A stretch of DNA of 64,000 nucleotides from Thermoanaerobaculia bacterium. GTDB taxonomy: Bacteria > Acidobacteriota > Thermoanaerobaculia > Multivoradales > Multivoraceae. Location: positions 3,840,001-3,904,000 of the forward strand of contig OY762911.1 of the NCBI GenBank assembly GCA_963666565.1, read 5' to 3'. Below are positions 1-8,775 of this stretch, piece by piece. Position 1 is the stretch's first letter; the number at the start of each line of letters is the position of its first letter. The notes under the pieces are model-generated. The model saw nothing but the letters and a program-made list of their open reading frames with translations. It was not told the origin of the DNA and searched no databases. Made by a program: the position numbers and the translations under genes.

Positions 1-2
1 AC

Positions 3-248
3 CACGCCCCGCGGGGGATGATCGAGTTCTGGGTCGACCCGGAGAGTCCCTACTACAAGGAGATCTTCGGCAGTGGCCGGGAGTTCATCTTCCATTGCGC
101 CAGCGGCTGGCGCTCCGCGCTCGCCACGAAGGCGGTCCAGGACATGGGGCTCGCGCCCGTGTCCCACATCGGCGGCGGCTTCACGGCCTGGAAGAAGGCC
201 GACGCGCCCGTGCTGCGAACGGAGGACGGCCGGGCGCCCCGCGCTTGA
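3..248 (+). CDS. Rhodanese-like domain protein (5' truncated by window edge)
   Basis: HAPRGMIEFWVDP...FHCASGWRSALATKAVQDMG...SHIGGGFTAWK: rhodanese CxSGxRS active loop and GGxxAW signature; frame open to the window start. Confidence 0.85.
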   Translation, partial: HAPRGMIEFWVDPESPYYKEIFGSGREFIFHCASGWRSALATKAVQDMGLAPVSHIGGGFTAWKKADAPVLRTEDGRAPRA

Positions 249-273
249 CAGCAAGGTACCGATTCCTTAGCCT
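245..273 (+). promoter_or_regulatory. Sigma70-type promoter of the lys operon
   Basis: TTGACA (245-250), 17-bp spacer, TAGCCT (268-273). Confidence 0.75.
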
Positions 274-301
274 CTGCGCCCGTTCAAGGCCTGTACGCAA
301 G

Positions 302-391
302 ATGCCCGTCCTCCTCACCTCCGCCTCGACCGCCCCTCTCGCCAAGGGTCGCCGCGGCGGCGCGAAGCGTCCGGGACAGGATCCTGGATGA
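302..391 (+). CDS. Putative attenuation leader peptide MPVLLTSASTAPLAKGRRGGAKRPGQDPG
   Basis: 29-aa ORF between the promoter and a terminator-like hairpin; Lys/Arg codons clustered at positions 15-23; no strong SD. Confidence 0.5.
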   Translation: MPVLLTSASTAPLAKGRRGGAKRPGQDPG

Positions 392-421
392 CCCGCTAGA
401 TCGAGAACGCATCTTCTCCCG

Positions 422-463
422 GAGGCCGGCCATCCAGAAGGATGAGCCGGCCTCTCTGTTCTT
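422..463 (+). terminator. Intrinsic terminator-like hairpin in the lys operon leader (attenuator)
   Basis: GAGGCCGGC-CATCC/AGAA/GGATG-A-GCCGGCCTC (14-bp stem, one bulge) followed by TCTGTTCTT, upstream of lysW. Confidence 0.65.
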
Positions 464-511
464 GAAACGCGCCTCTTGCCGAAGTGCAAACCCAACCGAG
501 GAGACAGCGCC

Positions 512-697
512 ATGGAACTCCAGACCGTCGACGCCGACAGCGAGTGCCCCGAGTGCTTCGAGTCCGTGAGGCTCGAGGCCGTGATGCAGCATGAGATCGT
601 CCAGTGCGCCGGCTGCGGCATCGACCTCGAAGTGATCGAGCTCGACCCCGTCACCCTGGAACTCGCACCGGAAGAAGAAGAGGACTGGGGCGAGTAG
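512..697 (+). CDS. lysW: LysW amino-group carrier protein
   Basis: Two CxxC pairs (CPEC, CAGC), acidic, C-terminal EEDWGE hallmark; SD GAGGAG before ATG 512. Confidence 0.97.
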   Translation: MELQTVDADSECPECFESVRLEAVMQHEIVQCAGCGIDLEVIELDPVTLELAPEEEEDWGE

Positions 698-709
698 CGG
701 AGCCGAAGA

Positions 710-1600
710 ATGCGCATCGGAGTCCTCTACAGCCGGGTCCGGCCCGAAGAGAAGCTGCTGTTCGCCGAGTTCGAACGGCGGCGGGCCGACGTGGAGCCGA
801 TCGACGACCGCGGAGTCGTCCTCGCGCTCGGCGGCGGCAGCGCGATCGAGCCGTCCTTCGACTTCGACGTCGTGTTCGACCGTTCGCTCAGCTACAGCCG
901 CGCCCTCGTCAACCTGCGCGTCCTGGCCGACCGCGGCGTGGCGACGGTCAACCCGGTGGACGTGGTGGAGAACTGCGGCGACAAGGTCCGCACCTCCAGC
1001 CTGCTCCAGGCGGCCGGGCTGCCGACGCCCGCAACCCGGGTGGCCTCGACGCCGGCGGCCGCGCTGCGGGCGATCGAGGAACTCGGCTACCCGGTCGTGA
1101 TGAAGCCGACCGTCGGATCCTGGGGCCGCCTGGTGGCCCGCATCAACGACCGGGACGCCGCGGAAGCGCTGCTGGAGCACAAGAGCACGCTCGGCTCCTA
1201 CCAGCACTCCATCTTCTACCTGCAGCGCTACGTCGACAAGCCGGAGCGCGACATCCGGGCCTTCGTCGCCGGCGGCGAGACCCTCTGCGCGATCTACCGC
1301 CGGGCGCCGCACTGGATCACGAACACGGCGCGCGGCGCTTCCACCGGGAACTGCCCGGTGACGGCCGAGATCGACGACCTCTGCCGGCGAGCGGCAGGCG
1401 CCGTCGGGGGCGGCCTGGTGGCGGTCGACCTGGTCGAAGACCCCGACGACGGCCTGCTCGTGCTGGAGGTCAACCACACGATGGAGTTCCGCAACTCGAT
1501 CGAACCCACCGGCGTCGACATCCCCGCGCGGATGGTCGACTTCGTCGAGCGGGTGGCCAGCGCCGGCTGGGACGCCGCGCACGACCGGGAGGGAGCATGA
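710..1600 (+). CDS. lysX: LysX alpha-aminoadipate--LysW ligase (RimK/ATP-grasp)
   Basis: [24 protein letters not shown] and [10 protein letters not shown] motifs; follows lysW. Confidence 0.95.
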   Translation: MRIGVLYSRVRPEEKLLFAEFERRRADVEPIDDRGVVLALGGGSAIEPSFDFDVVFDRSLSYSRALVNLRVLADRGVATVNPVDVVENCGDKVRTSSLLQAAGLPTPATRVASTPAAALRAIEELGYPVVMKPTVGSWGRLVARINDRDAAEALLEHKSTLGSYQHSIFYLQRYVDKPERDIRAFVAGGETLCAIYRRAPHWITNTARGASTGNCPVTAEIDDLCRRAAGAVGGGLVAVDLVEDPDDGLLVLEVNHTMEFRNSIEPTGVDIPARMVDFVERVASAGWDAAHDREGA

Positions 1601-1662
1601 CCGCGCGCGCCGGCATCCCCGCGTCGACTCCGGGCGGCGGACCCGCGGAGGTCGCGGCATGA
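1597..1662 (+). CDS. 21-aa linker mini-ORF coupling lysX to lysY
   Basis: ATGA overlaps at both ends (lysX stop 1597-1600; lysY start 1659-1662); GGAG-type SD before each start. Confidence 0.4.
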   Translation: MTARAGIPASTPGGGPAEVAA

Positions 1663-2741
1663 CCCTGCGCGCGAGCGTCGTCGGCGGCTCCGGCTACGCG
1701 GGCGGCGAGCTGCTCCGGCTGCTGATCGGCCACGGCGGCTTCGAGGTCGCGCAGGTCACCTCGCGGCGGCTGGCCGGTTCGTTCGTCCACTTCACGCACC
1801 CGAACCTGCGCGGCCACACCGACCTGCGCTTCTCCACCGCGGACGAACTCGAGCCCTGCGACCTGCTCTTCCTCTGCCTGCCGCACGGCGCCGCCGCCAG
1901 GAACATCGACGGCTACGCCGCGCTCGCGCCGAAGGTCATCGACCTCTCGGCCGACTTCCGGCTGCGTTCCGCGGAGGCATGGGAGGAGTGGTACGGCGCC
2001 GCCCACGCCGCGCCGGAATGGCTCGACCGGTTCGTCTACGGCTTGCCCGAACTCGACCGCGAGGCCGTGGCCGGCGCCGGCCGCGTCAGCGGCGTCGGCT
2101 GCAACGCGACGGCGACCCTGCTCGGCCTGCTGCCCCTGCTCGAACCCGAGCTCCTGGCGAGCGGCCTGGTCGACTGGCGGCGCGGCGTCGTCACGGAGCT
2201 GAAGGTCGGCAGCAGCGAGGGCGGCGCCTCGTCGTCGGACGCCTCCCACCACCCCGAACGGTCCGGCGTCGTGCGGAGCTTCCGGCCGACCGGCCACCGG
2301 CACACGGCGGAGGTCGAGCAGGCGTTCGCCCACCGAGGCGTCGAAGCCGCCGGCAACGTCCACCTCTCGGTGACCGCGGTCGAGATGGTGCGCGGCGTCC
2401 TGGCCACCAGCCACCTGTTCCTCGGCGGCGAACGTGCCGGCAAGGCCGCCGAACGCGATCTCTTCCGGGCCTTCCGGGCCTTCTGCCGGCGACATCCCTT
2501 CGTCCGCCTCGTGAAGGACCGGCGCGGCATCCACCGCTATCCCGAACCGAAGATCCTCGCCGGCAGCAACCACGCCGAGGTCGGCTTCGACCTCGATCCG
2601 AAGACAGGCCGCCTGGTCGTCCTCTGCGCCATCGACAACCTGATGAAGGGCGCGGCCGGCAACGCGGTCCAGTGCGCCAACCTGATGTGCGGGTACGAAG
2701 AGACCCGGGGCCTCGACTTCCTCGGCCTTCATCCCGTCTAG
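1659..2741 (+). CDS. lysY: LysY/ArgC-family LysW-aminoadipyl-phosphate reductase
   Basis: GGSGYAGGEL, DLSADFRL, GVGCNAT (catalytic Cys), IDNLMKGAAGNAVQ. Confidence 0.93.
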   Translation: MTLRASVVGGSGYAGGELLRLLIGHGGFEVAQVTSRRLAGSFVHFTHPNLRGHTDLRFSTADELEPCDLLFLCLPHGAAARNIDGYAALAPKVIDLSADFRLRSAEAWEEWYGAAHAAPEWLDRFVYGLPELDREAVAGAGRVSGVGCNATATLLGLLPLLEPELLASGLVDWRRGVVTELKVGSSEGGASSSDASHHPERSGVVRSFRPTGHRHTAEVEQAFAHRGVEAAGNVHLSVTAVEMVRGVLATSHLFLGGERAGKAAERDLFRAFRAFCRRHPFVRLVKDRRGIHRYPEPKILAGSNHAEVGFDLDPKTGRLVVLCAIDNLMKGAAGNAVQCANLMCGYEETRGLDFLGLHPV

Positions 2742-2772
2742 GAGCTTGCGCCTGGCGGCGGTAACCACGGAA

Positions 2773-3675
2773 ATGGCCGAAACCAGCTCACACAACCCCG
2801 GCGAACCGCTCGTGATCAAGGCCGGCGGCGGCAAGGCTCTCGACCTGGAGGCGATCGCCGCGGACATCGGCGCCCTGTGGCAATCCGGCAAGCCCGTGGT
2901 TCTCGTCCACGGCGGTGCCGAGACCACGAACGAGGTCGCCGAGCAGTTGGGACATCCGCCGCGGTTCGTGACCAGCGAGAGCGGCTACTCCAGCCGCCGG
3001 ACGGACCGCCGGACGCTCGAGATCTTCGAGATGGTCTACTGCGGCCTGCTGAACAAGCGCTGGGTCGAACTCCTGCAGCGCCGGGGCGTTCAGGCGGTCG
3101 GCCTGTCGGGACTCGACGGCCGGCTATTCGAGGGCCGCCGCAAGGACAAGCTGCGCATCCGCCACGCCGGCCGGCGCATGGTGCTGCGCGACGACTGGAC
3201 CGGCACGGTCGAGAAGGTGAACGGCGAGCTCCTGCGCCTGCTGCTCGATGGCGGCTACCTGCCCGTGCTGACGCCTCCCGGCGCCTCCTTCGACGGCGAG
3301 GCTGTGAACGTCGACGGCGACCGCGCCGCCGCCGCCATCGCCGCCGCCCTGGGCGCTCCGACCCTCGTCTACCTCTCGGGCGCGCCGGGCCTGCTCGCCG
3401 ACTTCCCCGACGAGGACTCCCTGATTCCCCGCTTCCAGGTCGCCCGCGACGCGCTCTCCGGCGCCGCGCCCGAGGCCGGGCTCGAACCCCTGGCGGCAGC
3501 AGCCGAGGACCGGATGAAGAAGAAGGTGCTCGGCGCCGCCGAGGCGCTCCGCGGCGGGGTCGACCGGGTTATCTTCGCCGACGGCCGGGTCGACGGACCG
3601 GTTCGGGCCGCTCTCGACGGCGCCGGCACGCACGTCGTCGTCAGGCAGGCGAACAGGCAGGAGGAACCGCGATGA
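2773..3675 (+). CDS. lysZ: LysZ/ArgB-family LysW-aminoadipate kinase
   Basis: VIKAGG, LVHGGA, SRRTD, GLSGLDG, NVDGDRAA, MKKKVL; position in the operon. Confidence 0.92.
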   Translation: MAETSSHNPGEPLVIKAGGGKALDLEAIAADIGALWQSGKPVVLVHGGAETTNEVAEQLGHPPRFVTSESGYSSRRTDRRTLEIFEMVYCGLLNKRWVELLQRRGVQAVGLSGLDGRLFEGRRKDKLRIRHAGRRMVLRDDWTGTVEKVNGELLRLLLDGGYLPVLTPPGASFDGEAVNVDGDRAAAAIAAALGAPTLVYLSGAPGLLADFPDEDSLIPRFQVARDALSGAAPEAGLEPLAAAAEDRMKKKVLGAAEALRGGVDRVIFADGRVDGPVRAALDGAGTHVVVRQANRQEEPR

Positions 3676-4952
3676 GCGCCACCACAGCGGATGCGGGGAA
3701 CGCGGGCCGGCAGGCCCGCGCCACGGCCGGCGCACGCGGCGCGCCGGATGCCGGCCAGAAGGCCGGCGCGCCGACGGCCGCCGCGCCTGGCGCGGAGGAC
3801 CGCCGCCTCGGAACCTGGGCGCCGCGCAAGCCGACTCCGCCGATCGTCCGCGGCGAGGGCTGCGAGCTCGTCGCTGAGAACGGCGACCGCTACCTCGACC
3901 TGACCGCCGGCTACGGCGTCTGCTGCCTGGGCTACAACCACCCGGCAATCGTCCGGGCGTTGACGGCCCAGGCGGAGCGGCTCACGTACTGCCCGATGAA
4001 CATGCCCAGCCGGGACCGGGCCGAGTACGTCGAGGCGCTGGCCGCCGTCCTGCCCGACTCTCTCGACCGGGTCTTCCTGTGCAACAGCGGCACGGAAGCG
4101 GTCGAGGGGGCGCTCAAGTTCGCCGCGCTGGCGACCGGCCGCAGCCGCACCGTCGCGCTTCGCAACAGCTTCCACGGCCGCACCCTGGGAGCGCAGGCGA
4201 CGATGTGGAACCCCGCCGCCCGCAAGCCCTACGCCGGGCTGCTCCACGACAACGTCTTCGTCCAGCCGGAAGCCGAGGCCATAGACGAAGCGGTCGACGA
4301 AGACACGGCTGCGCTGATCCTCGAACCGGTCCAGGGCGAGGGCGGCGTCAACGTGCTGAGCGACGACGTGCTGCTCGCGGCCCGCCGCGCCTGCGACCGG
4401 CACGGGGCGTTGCTCGTCCTCGACGAGGTGCAGACCGGCTTCGGCCGTTGCGGAACCTGGTTCGCCCACCGCACGACGCCCGGCCTGGAGGCCGACCTGA
4501 TGCCGCTCGCCAAGGGCATCGGCGGCGGCTTCCCGCTCGGGGCGATCGCCTACGGCGAGCGCGTCGCGGCCGCGCTTCGGCCCGGTTGCCACGGCTCGAC
4601 CTACGGCGGCAATCCGCTCGCCTGCGCCGCCGGTCTGGCCGTGATCGAGACCCTGCGCGCGCTCGACCTGCCGGCCAGGGCGGCCCGGGTCGGCGAGGCC
4701 TTCCTGGGCGCCCTGCGCGACCGACTGGCGTCGAACCCGCGAGTGCGCGAAGTGCGCGGCCGCGGCCTGATGCTGGGCGTCATGCTGCGGCAACGCGCTG
4801 GACGCTACCTGGCCCGCCTGACTTCGGAGCACCGGATCCTGGCGCTGCCCGCCGGGCCGAACGTGATCCGGATGCTGCCGCCCCTCGTCGTCGGCGAGGA
4901 CGAACTCGAGCGCGCCGCGGACGCCCTCTCGGCGGTGCTCGCGGAGGACTGA
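3672..4952 (+). CDS. lysJ: LysJ/ArgD-family class III aminotransferase
   Basis: NSGTEAVE, FHGRTLG, EPVQGEGG, DEVQTGFGR, LAKGIGGG, HGSTYGGNPLAC; ATGA overlap with lysZ. Confidence 0.92.
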   Translation: MSATTADAGNAGRQARATAGARGAPDAGQKAGAPTAAAPGAEDRRLGTWAPRKPTPPIVRGEGCELVAENGDRYLDLTAGYGVCCLGYNHPAIVRALTAQAERLTYCPMNMPSRDRAEYVEALAAVLPDSLDRVFLCNSGTEAVEGALKFAALATGRSRTVALRNSFHGRTLGAQATMWNPAARKPYAGLLHDNVFVQPEAEAIDEAVDEDTAALILEPVQGEGGVNVLSDDVLLAARRACDRHGALLVLDEVQTGFGRCGTWFAHRTTPGLEADLMPLAKGIGGGFPLGAIAYGERVAAALRPGCHGSTYGGNPLACAAGLAVIETLRALDLPARAARVGEAFLGALRDRLASNPRVREVRGRGLMLGVMLRQRAGRYLARLTSEHRILALPAGPNVIRMLPPLVVGEDELERAADALSAVLAED

Positions 4953-4954
4953 GG

Positions 4955-6295
4955 ATGGCGAAGACGGACGCCTGCGACCGGCACGCTGCCGACGCCGCGA
5001 CGCCGGACCGGCCGGCGGCGAGGCGCTTGCCGTGGCCGAAGCCGCCCGGCCCGGCGAGCCCGCCCGGCCAGCGCGACGCGGTCCGCGACCGGGCCGAGAT
5101 CGAACTCGTGCGCGGTCTCGTCGCGGTGCCGTCGCTGTCGCGGCACGAGGCCGCCGCCAGCGGCTGGCTGGCGGCCGAAATGGAGGCACGCGGCCTGGAG
5201 CGCTGCCACGTCGACGGAGCGCTGAACGCGGTCGGCGAGCTGGGCGATCCCGCAGCGTCCCGCCTCGTCGTCCTGCTCGGACACATCGACACCGTGCCGG
5301 GGAACATCCCGGTCCGGATCGAGGACGAGGGCTCCCCCCAAGGCATCCTGCACGGCCGGGGGTCGGTCGACGCGAAGGGACCGCTCGCCAGCTTCGTCGC
5401 GGCTGCCGCGCGGCTCGGCGGCGACTGGGCCCGCGCCCACGACCTGCGGGTGATCGTCGCCGGCGCGACGGAAGAGGAGGCGGCGAGTTCCCGCGGCGCC
5501 CACTTCCTGCTGAAGCGGCTGAACGGCCGCGACGAGCCGGCGCCCGACGTCTGCGTCATCGGCGAACCCAGCCACTGGCACCGGCTGACCCTCGGCTACA
5601 AGGGGCGCCTGCTGATCGACCTGATGGCCCGGCGGCCGAGCAGCCACACGGCGGGCCCGGAGGTCGGCGTCGGCATCACCGCGTTCGACCTCTGGCGGCG
5701 GCTGGAACGGGTGGCCGAGCGGAACGGCGGCCGGACGCCGTTCGAACGCGTCCTGCCCAGCCTGCGGTCGATCGGGACCACGAGCGACGGCCTCTACGAC
5801 ACGGTCCGCGCCGACTACGGCCTGCGGCTCCCCGTCGACTTCGACGCCGGCGCGCTGGTCGACGAACTGACGGACTGGTTCCGCGGCGCGGCGGCCGACA
5901 TCGACGGGCCGCTCTTCTCCGACCTCGACCCGGACCGGGCCACCGGCACGATCCGCTGCGAGCGGGGCGACGCCAGCCTGGAACTCAGCCTGCGCGGCTA
6001 CGAGATCGGGGTGCGTGCCGACCGGCACTCGCCACTGGTCCGGGCGTTCCTCGCCGCCATCCGCGGCGTCGGCGGACCCGACGTCGCGCCGAAGTTCGTC
6101 GTCAAGACCGGTACCTGCGACATGAACATCGTCTGGCCGGTCTGGCGCTGCCCCATCCTTGCCTACGGTCCGGGGGACAGTACACTCGACCACACACCCG
6201 ACGAGCACCTGGATCTGAACGAGTACCTGCTGGCGGTCGACACCGTGGAACTGGCGCTGAGGAACCTCGCCGCGGCCATGCCGGCGGCCGGCTGA
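4955..6295 (+). CDS. lysK: LysK LysW-lysine hydrolase (M20 peptidase)
   Basis: LLGHIDTVPG, GRGSVDAKG, ATEEE, IGEPS, KTGTCDMN, YGPGDSTLDHTPDEH. Confidence 0.93.
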   Translation: MAKTDACDRHAADAATPDRPAARRLPWPKPPGPASPPGQRDAVRDRAEIELVRGLVAVPSLSRHEAAASGWLAAEMEARGLERCHVDGALNAVGELGDPAASRLVVLLGHIDTVPGNIPVRIEDEGSPQGILHGRGSVDAKGPLASFVAAAARLGGDWARAHDLRVIVAGATEEEAASSRGAHFLLKRLNGRDEPAPDVCVIGEPSHWHRLTLGYKGRLLIDLMARRPSSHTAGPEVGVGITAFDLWRRLERVAERNGGRTPFERVLPSLRSIGTTSDGLYDTVRADYGLRLPVDFDAGALVDELTDWFRGAAADIDGPLFSDLDPDRATGTIRCERGDASLELSLRGYEIGVRADRHSPLVRAFLAAIRGVGGPDVAPKFVVKTGTCDMNIVWPVWRCPILAYGPGDSTLDHTPDEHLDLNEYLLAVDTVELALRNLAAAMPAAG

Positions 6296-6299
6296 CCGC

Positions 6300-7862
6300 G
6301 TGGCCTCCGGCCCCGGCACGCCCCGAGTCGACCGCACGGCCTTCGGCGTCAGCGTCGGGCTGATCGCGGTGGTCTGCGCTCCGCTCGCGCTGGCGCCCCA
6401 GGCCGGCGGCGCGCTGGTGGTCCAAGCCTACGAGTCCCTGACGGAGCGCTTCGGCCTCGTCTACCAGTGGGCGACGCTGGCGGTCACCGCGTTCCTCGTC
6501 TGGCTCGCCTTCAGCCGCCACGGCAGGCGCAGGCTCGGCAGCGACGACAGCCGGCCCGACTTCAACATCTTCAGTTGGATGGCGATGCTCTTCTGCGCCG
6601 GCATCGGGGCCGGACTCCTCTACTGGTCGACGATCGAGTGGGTGACCTACCTCGACAAGCCGCCGTTCGAACTCGCCCCGAACTCCACCGAGGCGGTCGA
6701 GTGGGCGGCGACCTACGGCATCTTCCACTGGGGCATCTCGGCCTGGGCGTTGTACGGCTTTCCGGCGGTGGCGATCGCCATCCCCTACTACCGCCAGCAC
6801 GCGCCGGTGCTTCGGCTGAGTACGGGGCTGCACGCGCTGATCGGCCGCGACGGCTACGACCGGGCGCCCGCCCGGATCGTCGACGTGCTGTTCATCCTGG
6901 CGCTGGTCGGCGGCACCGGCACCTCGCTGGGGCTGGGAACGCCGATGGTGGCCGCCTGCATCGGCGAGGTCCTGGGAATCGAGCAGACGTTCGGGCTCCA
7001 GGTGACGATCCTGGCGGTCTGCGTCACCCTGTTCGCCGCCAGCGTCTACCTCGGGCTCGAACGGGGCATCAAGCCGCTCTCCGACGGGTCGATCCTGGCC
7101 GCGATCCTCCTGCTCGCCTTCATCCTGATCGTCGGACCGACCAACTTCCTCCTGCGTTCCGGCACGAACTCGATCGGGCTGATGCTCGAGAACTTCATCC
7201 GGCTGAACACCTGGACGGATCCGGTGGCGCGGACCGGCTTCATCGAGGACATGACCGTCTTCTACTGGGCCTGGTGGATCGCCTACGGCCCGTTCATGGG
7301 CCTGTTCGTCACCCGCATCTCCCGCGGCCGGACGGTGCGGGAACTGATCCTGGGCATGCTGATCCTGGGCACCCTCGGCTGCGCCCTCTTCTACGCCGTG
7401 CTCGGCAACTACAGCATGCACCTGGACCTCTCGGGAGCGCTGCCGGTGCGGGAGATCGCAGCCCAGGCCGGCGCCGAGAACGCCATCGCACAGAGCATCG
7501 GCTTCCTGCCGCTCGGAACCGCCGCGCTCGCCGTCTTCGCGCTCGTGGCGATCGTCTTCATCGCCACGACCTACGACTCGGCGTCCTACTGCCTGGCGGC
7601 GTCGGCCACCCGCAACCTGCCGGAGGGAACCCACCCGGCCCGCTGGCACCGGCTGTTCTGGGCCGTCGCCGTCGGCGTGCTGCCGGTCACGCTGATGTTC
7701 ATCGGCCAGGAGGGAGGCGCCGACCAACTGCGGGTCATCCAGTCGGCCACCCTGGTCGTCTCGCTGCCGCTCCTCGTCGTGGGAGCGCTGATGGTCGTGT
7801 CTCTGATGCGCTCGCTGCGGGAAGCGGACGGCGAACCGGCGCCCGACTCCCGCCGAGCCTGA
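6300..7862 (+). CDS. BCCT family (betaine/choline/carnitine) transporter
   Basis: SWMAMLFCAGIGAG, FHWGISAWALY, FYWAWWIAYGPFMGLFVTRISRGRTVRE; many TM segments; starts 4 nt after lysK. Confidence 0.93.
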   Translation: MASGPGTPRVDRTAFGVSVGLIAVVCAPLALAPQAGGALVVQAYESLTERFGLVYQWATLAVTAFLVWLAFSRHGRRRLGSDDSRPDFNIFSWMAMLFCAGIGAGLLYWSTIEWVTYLDKPPFELAPNSTEAVEWAATYGIFHWGISAWALYGFPAVAIAIPYYRQHAPVLRLSTGLHALIGRDGYDRAPARIVDVLFILALVGGTGTSLGLGTPMVAACIGEVLGIEQTFGLQVTILAVCVTLFAASVYLGLERGIKPLSDGSILAAILLLAFILIVGPTNFLLRSGTNSIGLMLENFIRLNTWTDPVARTGFIEDMTVFYWAWWIAYGPFMGLFVTRISRGRTVRELILGMLILGTLGCALFYAVLGNYSMHLDLSGALPVREIAAQAGAENAIAQSIGFLPLGTAALAVFALVAIVFIATTYDSASYCLAASATRNLPEGTHPARWHRLFWAVAVGVLPVTLMFIGQEGGADQLRVIQSATLVVSLPLLVVGALMVVSLMRSLREADGEPAPDSRRA

Positions 7863-7934
7863 TTCCCGGTGAACGGGGCGCTCGCCGCCCGCTTCAACAC
7901 CGGCTTCGGCCCGGAACCGGGTTCGCCCCGGAAC

Positions 7935-8735
7935 TCAGCGCTCGCCGCCGGCCCCGAGCGCCGACTTGAGCTCCCCGACGGCGCTCGCCATCGCGTCGAG
8001 CGCGCTCTCCCAGTCTTCCCAGTGGAACGCGTGCCCGGCCTCGATCGCCTCGTCCCAGGAAGCGTTGATCGCGAACAGCGCGTCGGCCGCCTCGTGGCGC
8101 TTCGCGGGGTCCCGGAGCCGCAGAACGGCGCGGCCCACCTCGGCGCGTTGCCGGCCCAGCGACCGCAGCCGCGCCAGGTTGCGGCCGCCCCGCGCCAGCG
8201 CTTCCTGGCCCGCTTCACCGGGAATGCCGACCTCTTCGTGATCCGCGTCCGGGCCGTGACAGCGATTGCACTGCGCCTGCAGGCCGCCTTCGACGCCCAG
8301 CGACTGGGCCGCCAGACTCCCGTGGCAAGTCGTGCAGGTCGGCGCCGCGCGGACCTGCCGCTCGAGGAGCGCGTAGTGGGCGCTCTCCTGCAGCGCCCGG
8401 TACTCGGCATCGTGGCAGCGGCCGCAGGTCCGCGGCAGATTCCAGTGGTTTGTCGGGCTGTCGCCGCGGGCGCTGTTGAGCACCCCCTTGTGGGCCCGCA
8501 ACTCGACGAACGTCGACGTGTTGCCGCCATGACAGTCCGCGCAGGAGACGCCGGCAGAGGCGTGCGCCGAGTCGCGGAACTGCCGCAGGTGGACCTGCGC
8601 CACTTCGTCCAGTTCCTGGGCGGCGTGGCAGTCGATGCACGGATCCTGTGCCCAGGCGGCGGCAGAGAACGCGACGCCGGCAAGCAGCGGAGCCGCCCGC
8701 TTCGCCGTCGTCCTGGCCGTCCTGACGCCGTTCAC
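7935..8735 (-). CDS. Secreted pentaheme c-type cytochrome
   Basis: Signal peptide ending AWA-Q; five CxxCH motifs (CIDCH, CADCH, CGRCH, CTTCH, CNRCH); helical C-terminus. Confidence 0.88.
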   Translation of the reverse strand: MNGVRTARTTAKRAAPLLAGVAFSAAAWAQDPCIDCHAAQELDEVAQVHLRQFRDSAHASAGVSCADCHGGNTSTFVELRAHKGVLNSARGDSPTNHWNLPRTCGRCHDAEYRALQESAHYALLERQVRAAPTCTTCHGSLAAQSLGVEGGLQAQCNRCHGPDADHEEVGIPGEAGQEALARGGRNLARLRSLGRQRAEVGRAVLRLRDPAKRHEAADALFAINASWDEAIEAGHAFHWEDWESALDAMASAVGELKSALGAGGER

Positions 8736-8775
8736 GGTTTCAGACTACCAACTGCCGCCAACGCCGCCCCCGCCG

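Noticed and set aside
512-6295. LysW cluster as a secondary-metabolite (amino-group carrier) or arginine pathway
   Set aside because: No NRPS, transketolase-like or tailoring genes adjacent, and LysX motifs resemble the aminoadipate-specific type; bifunctionality is not excluded
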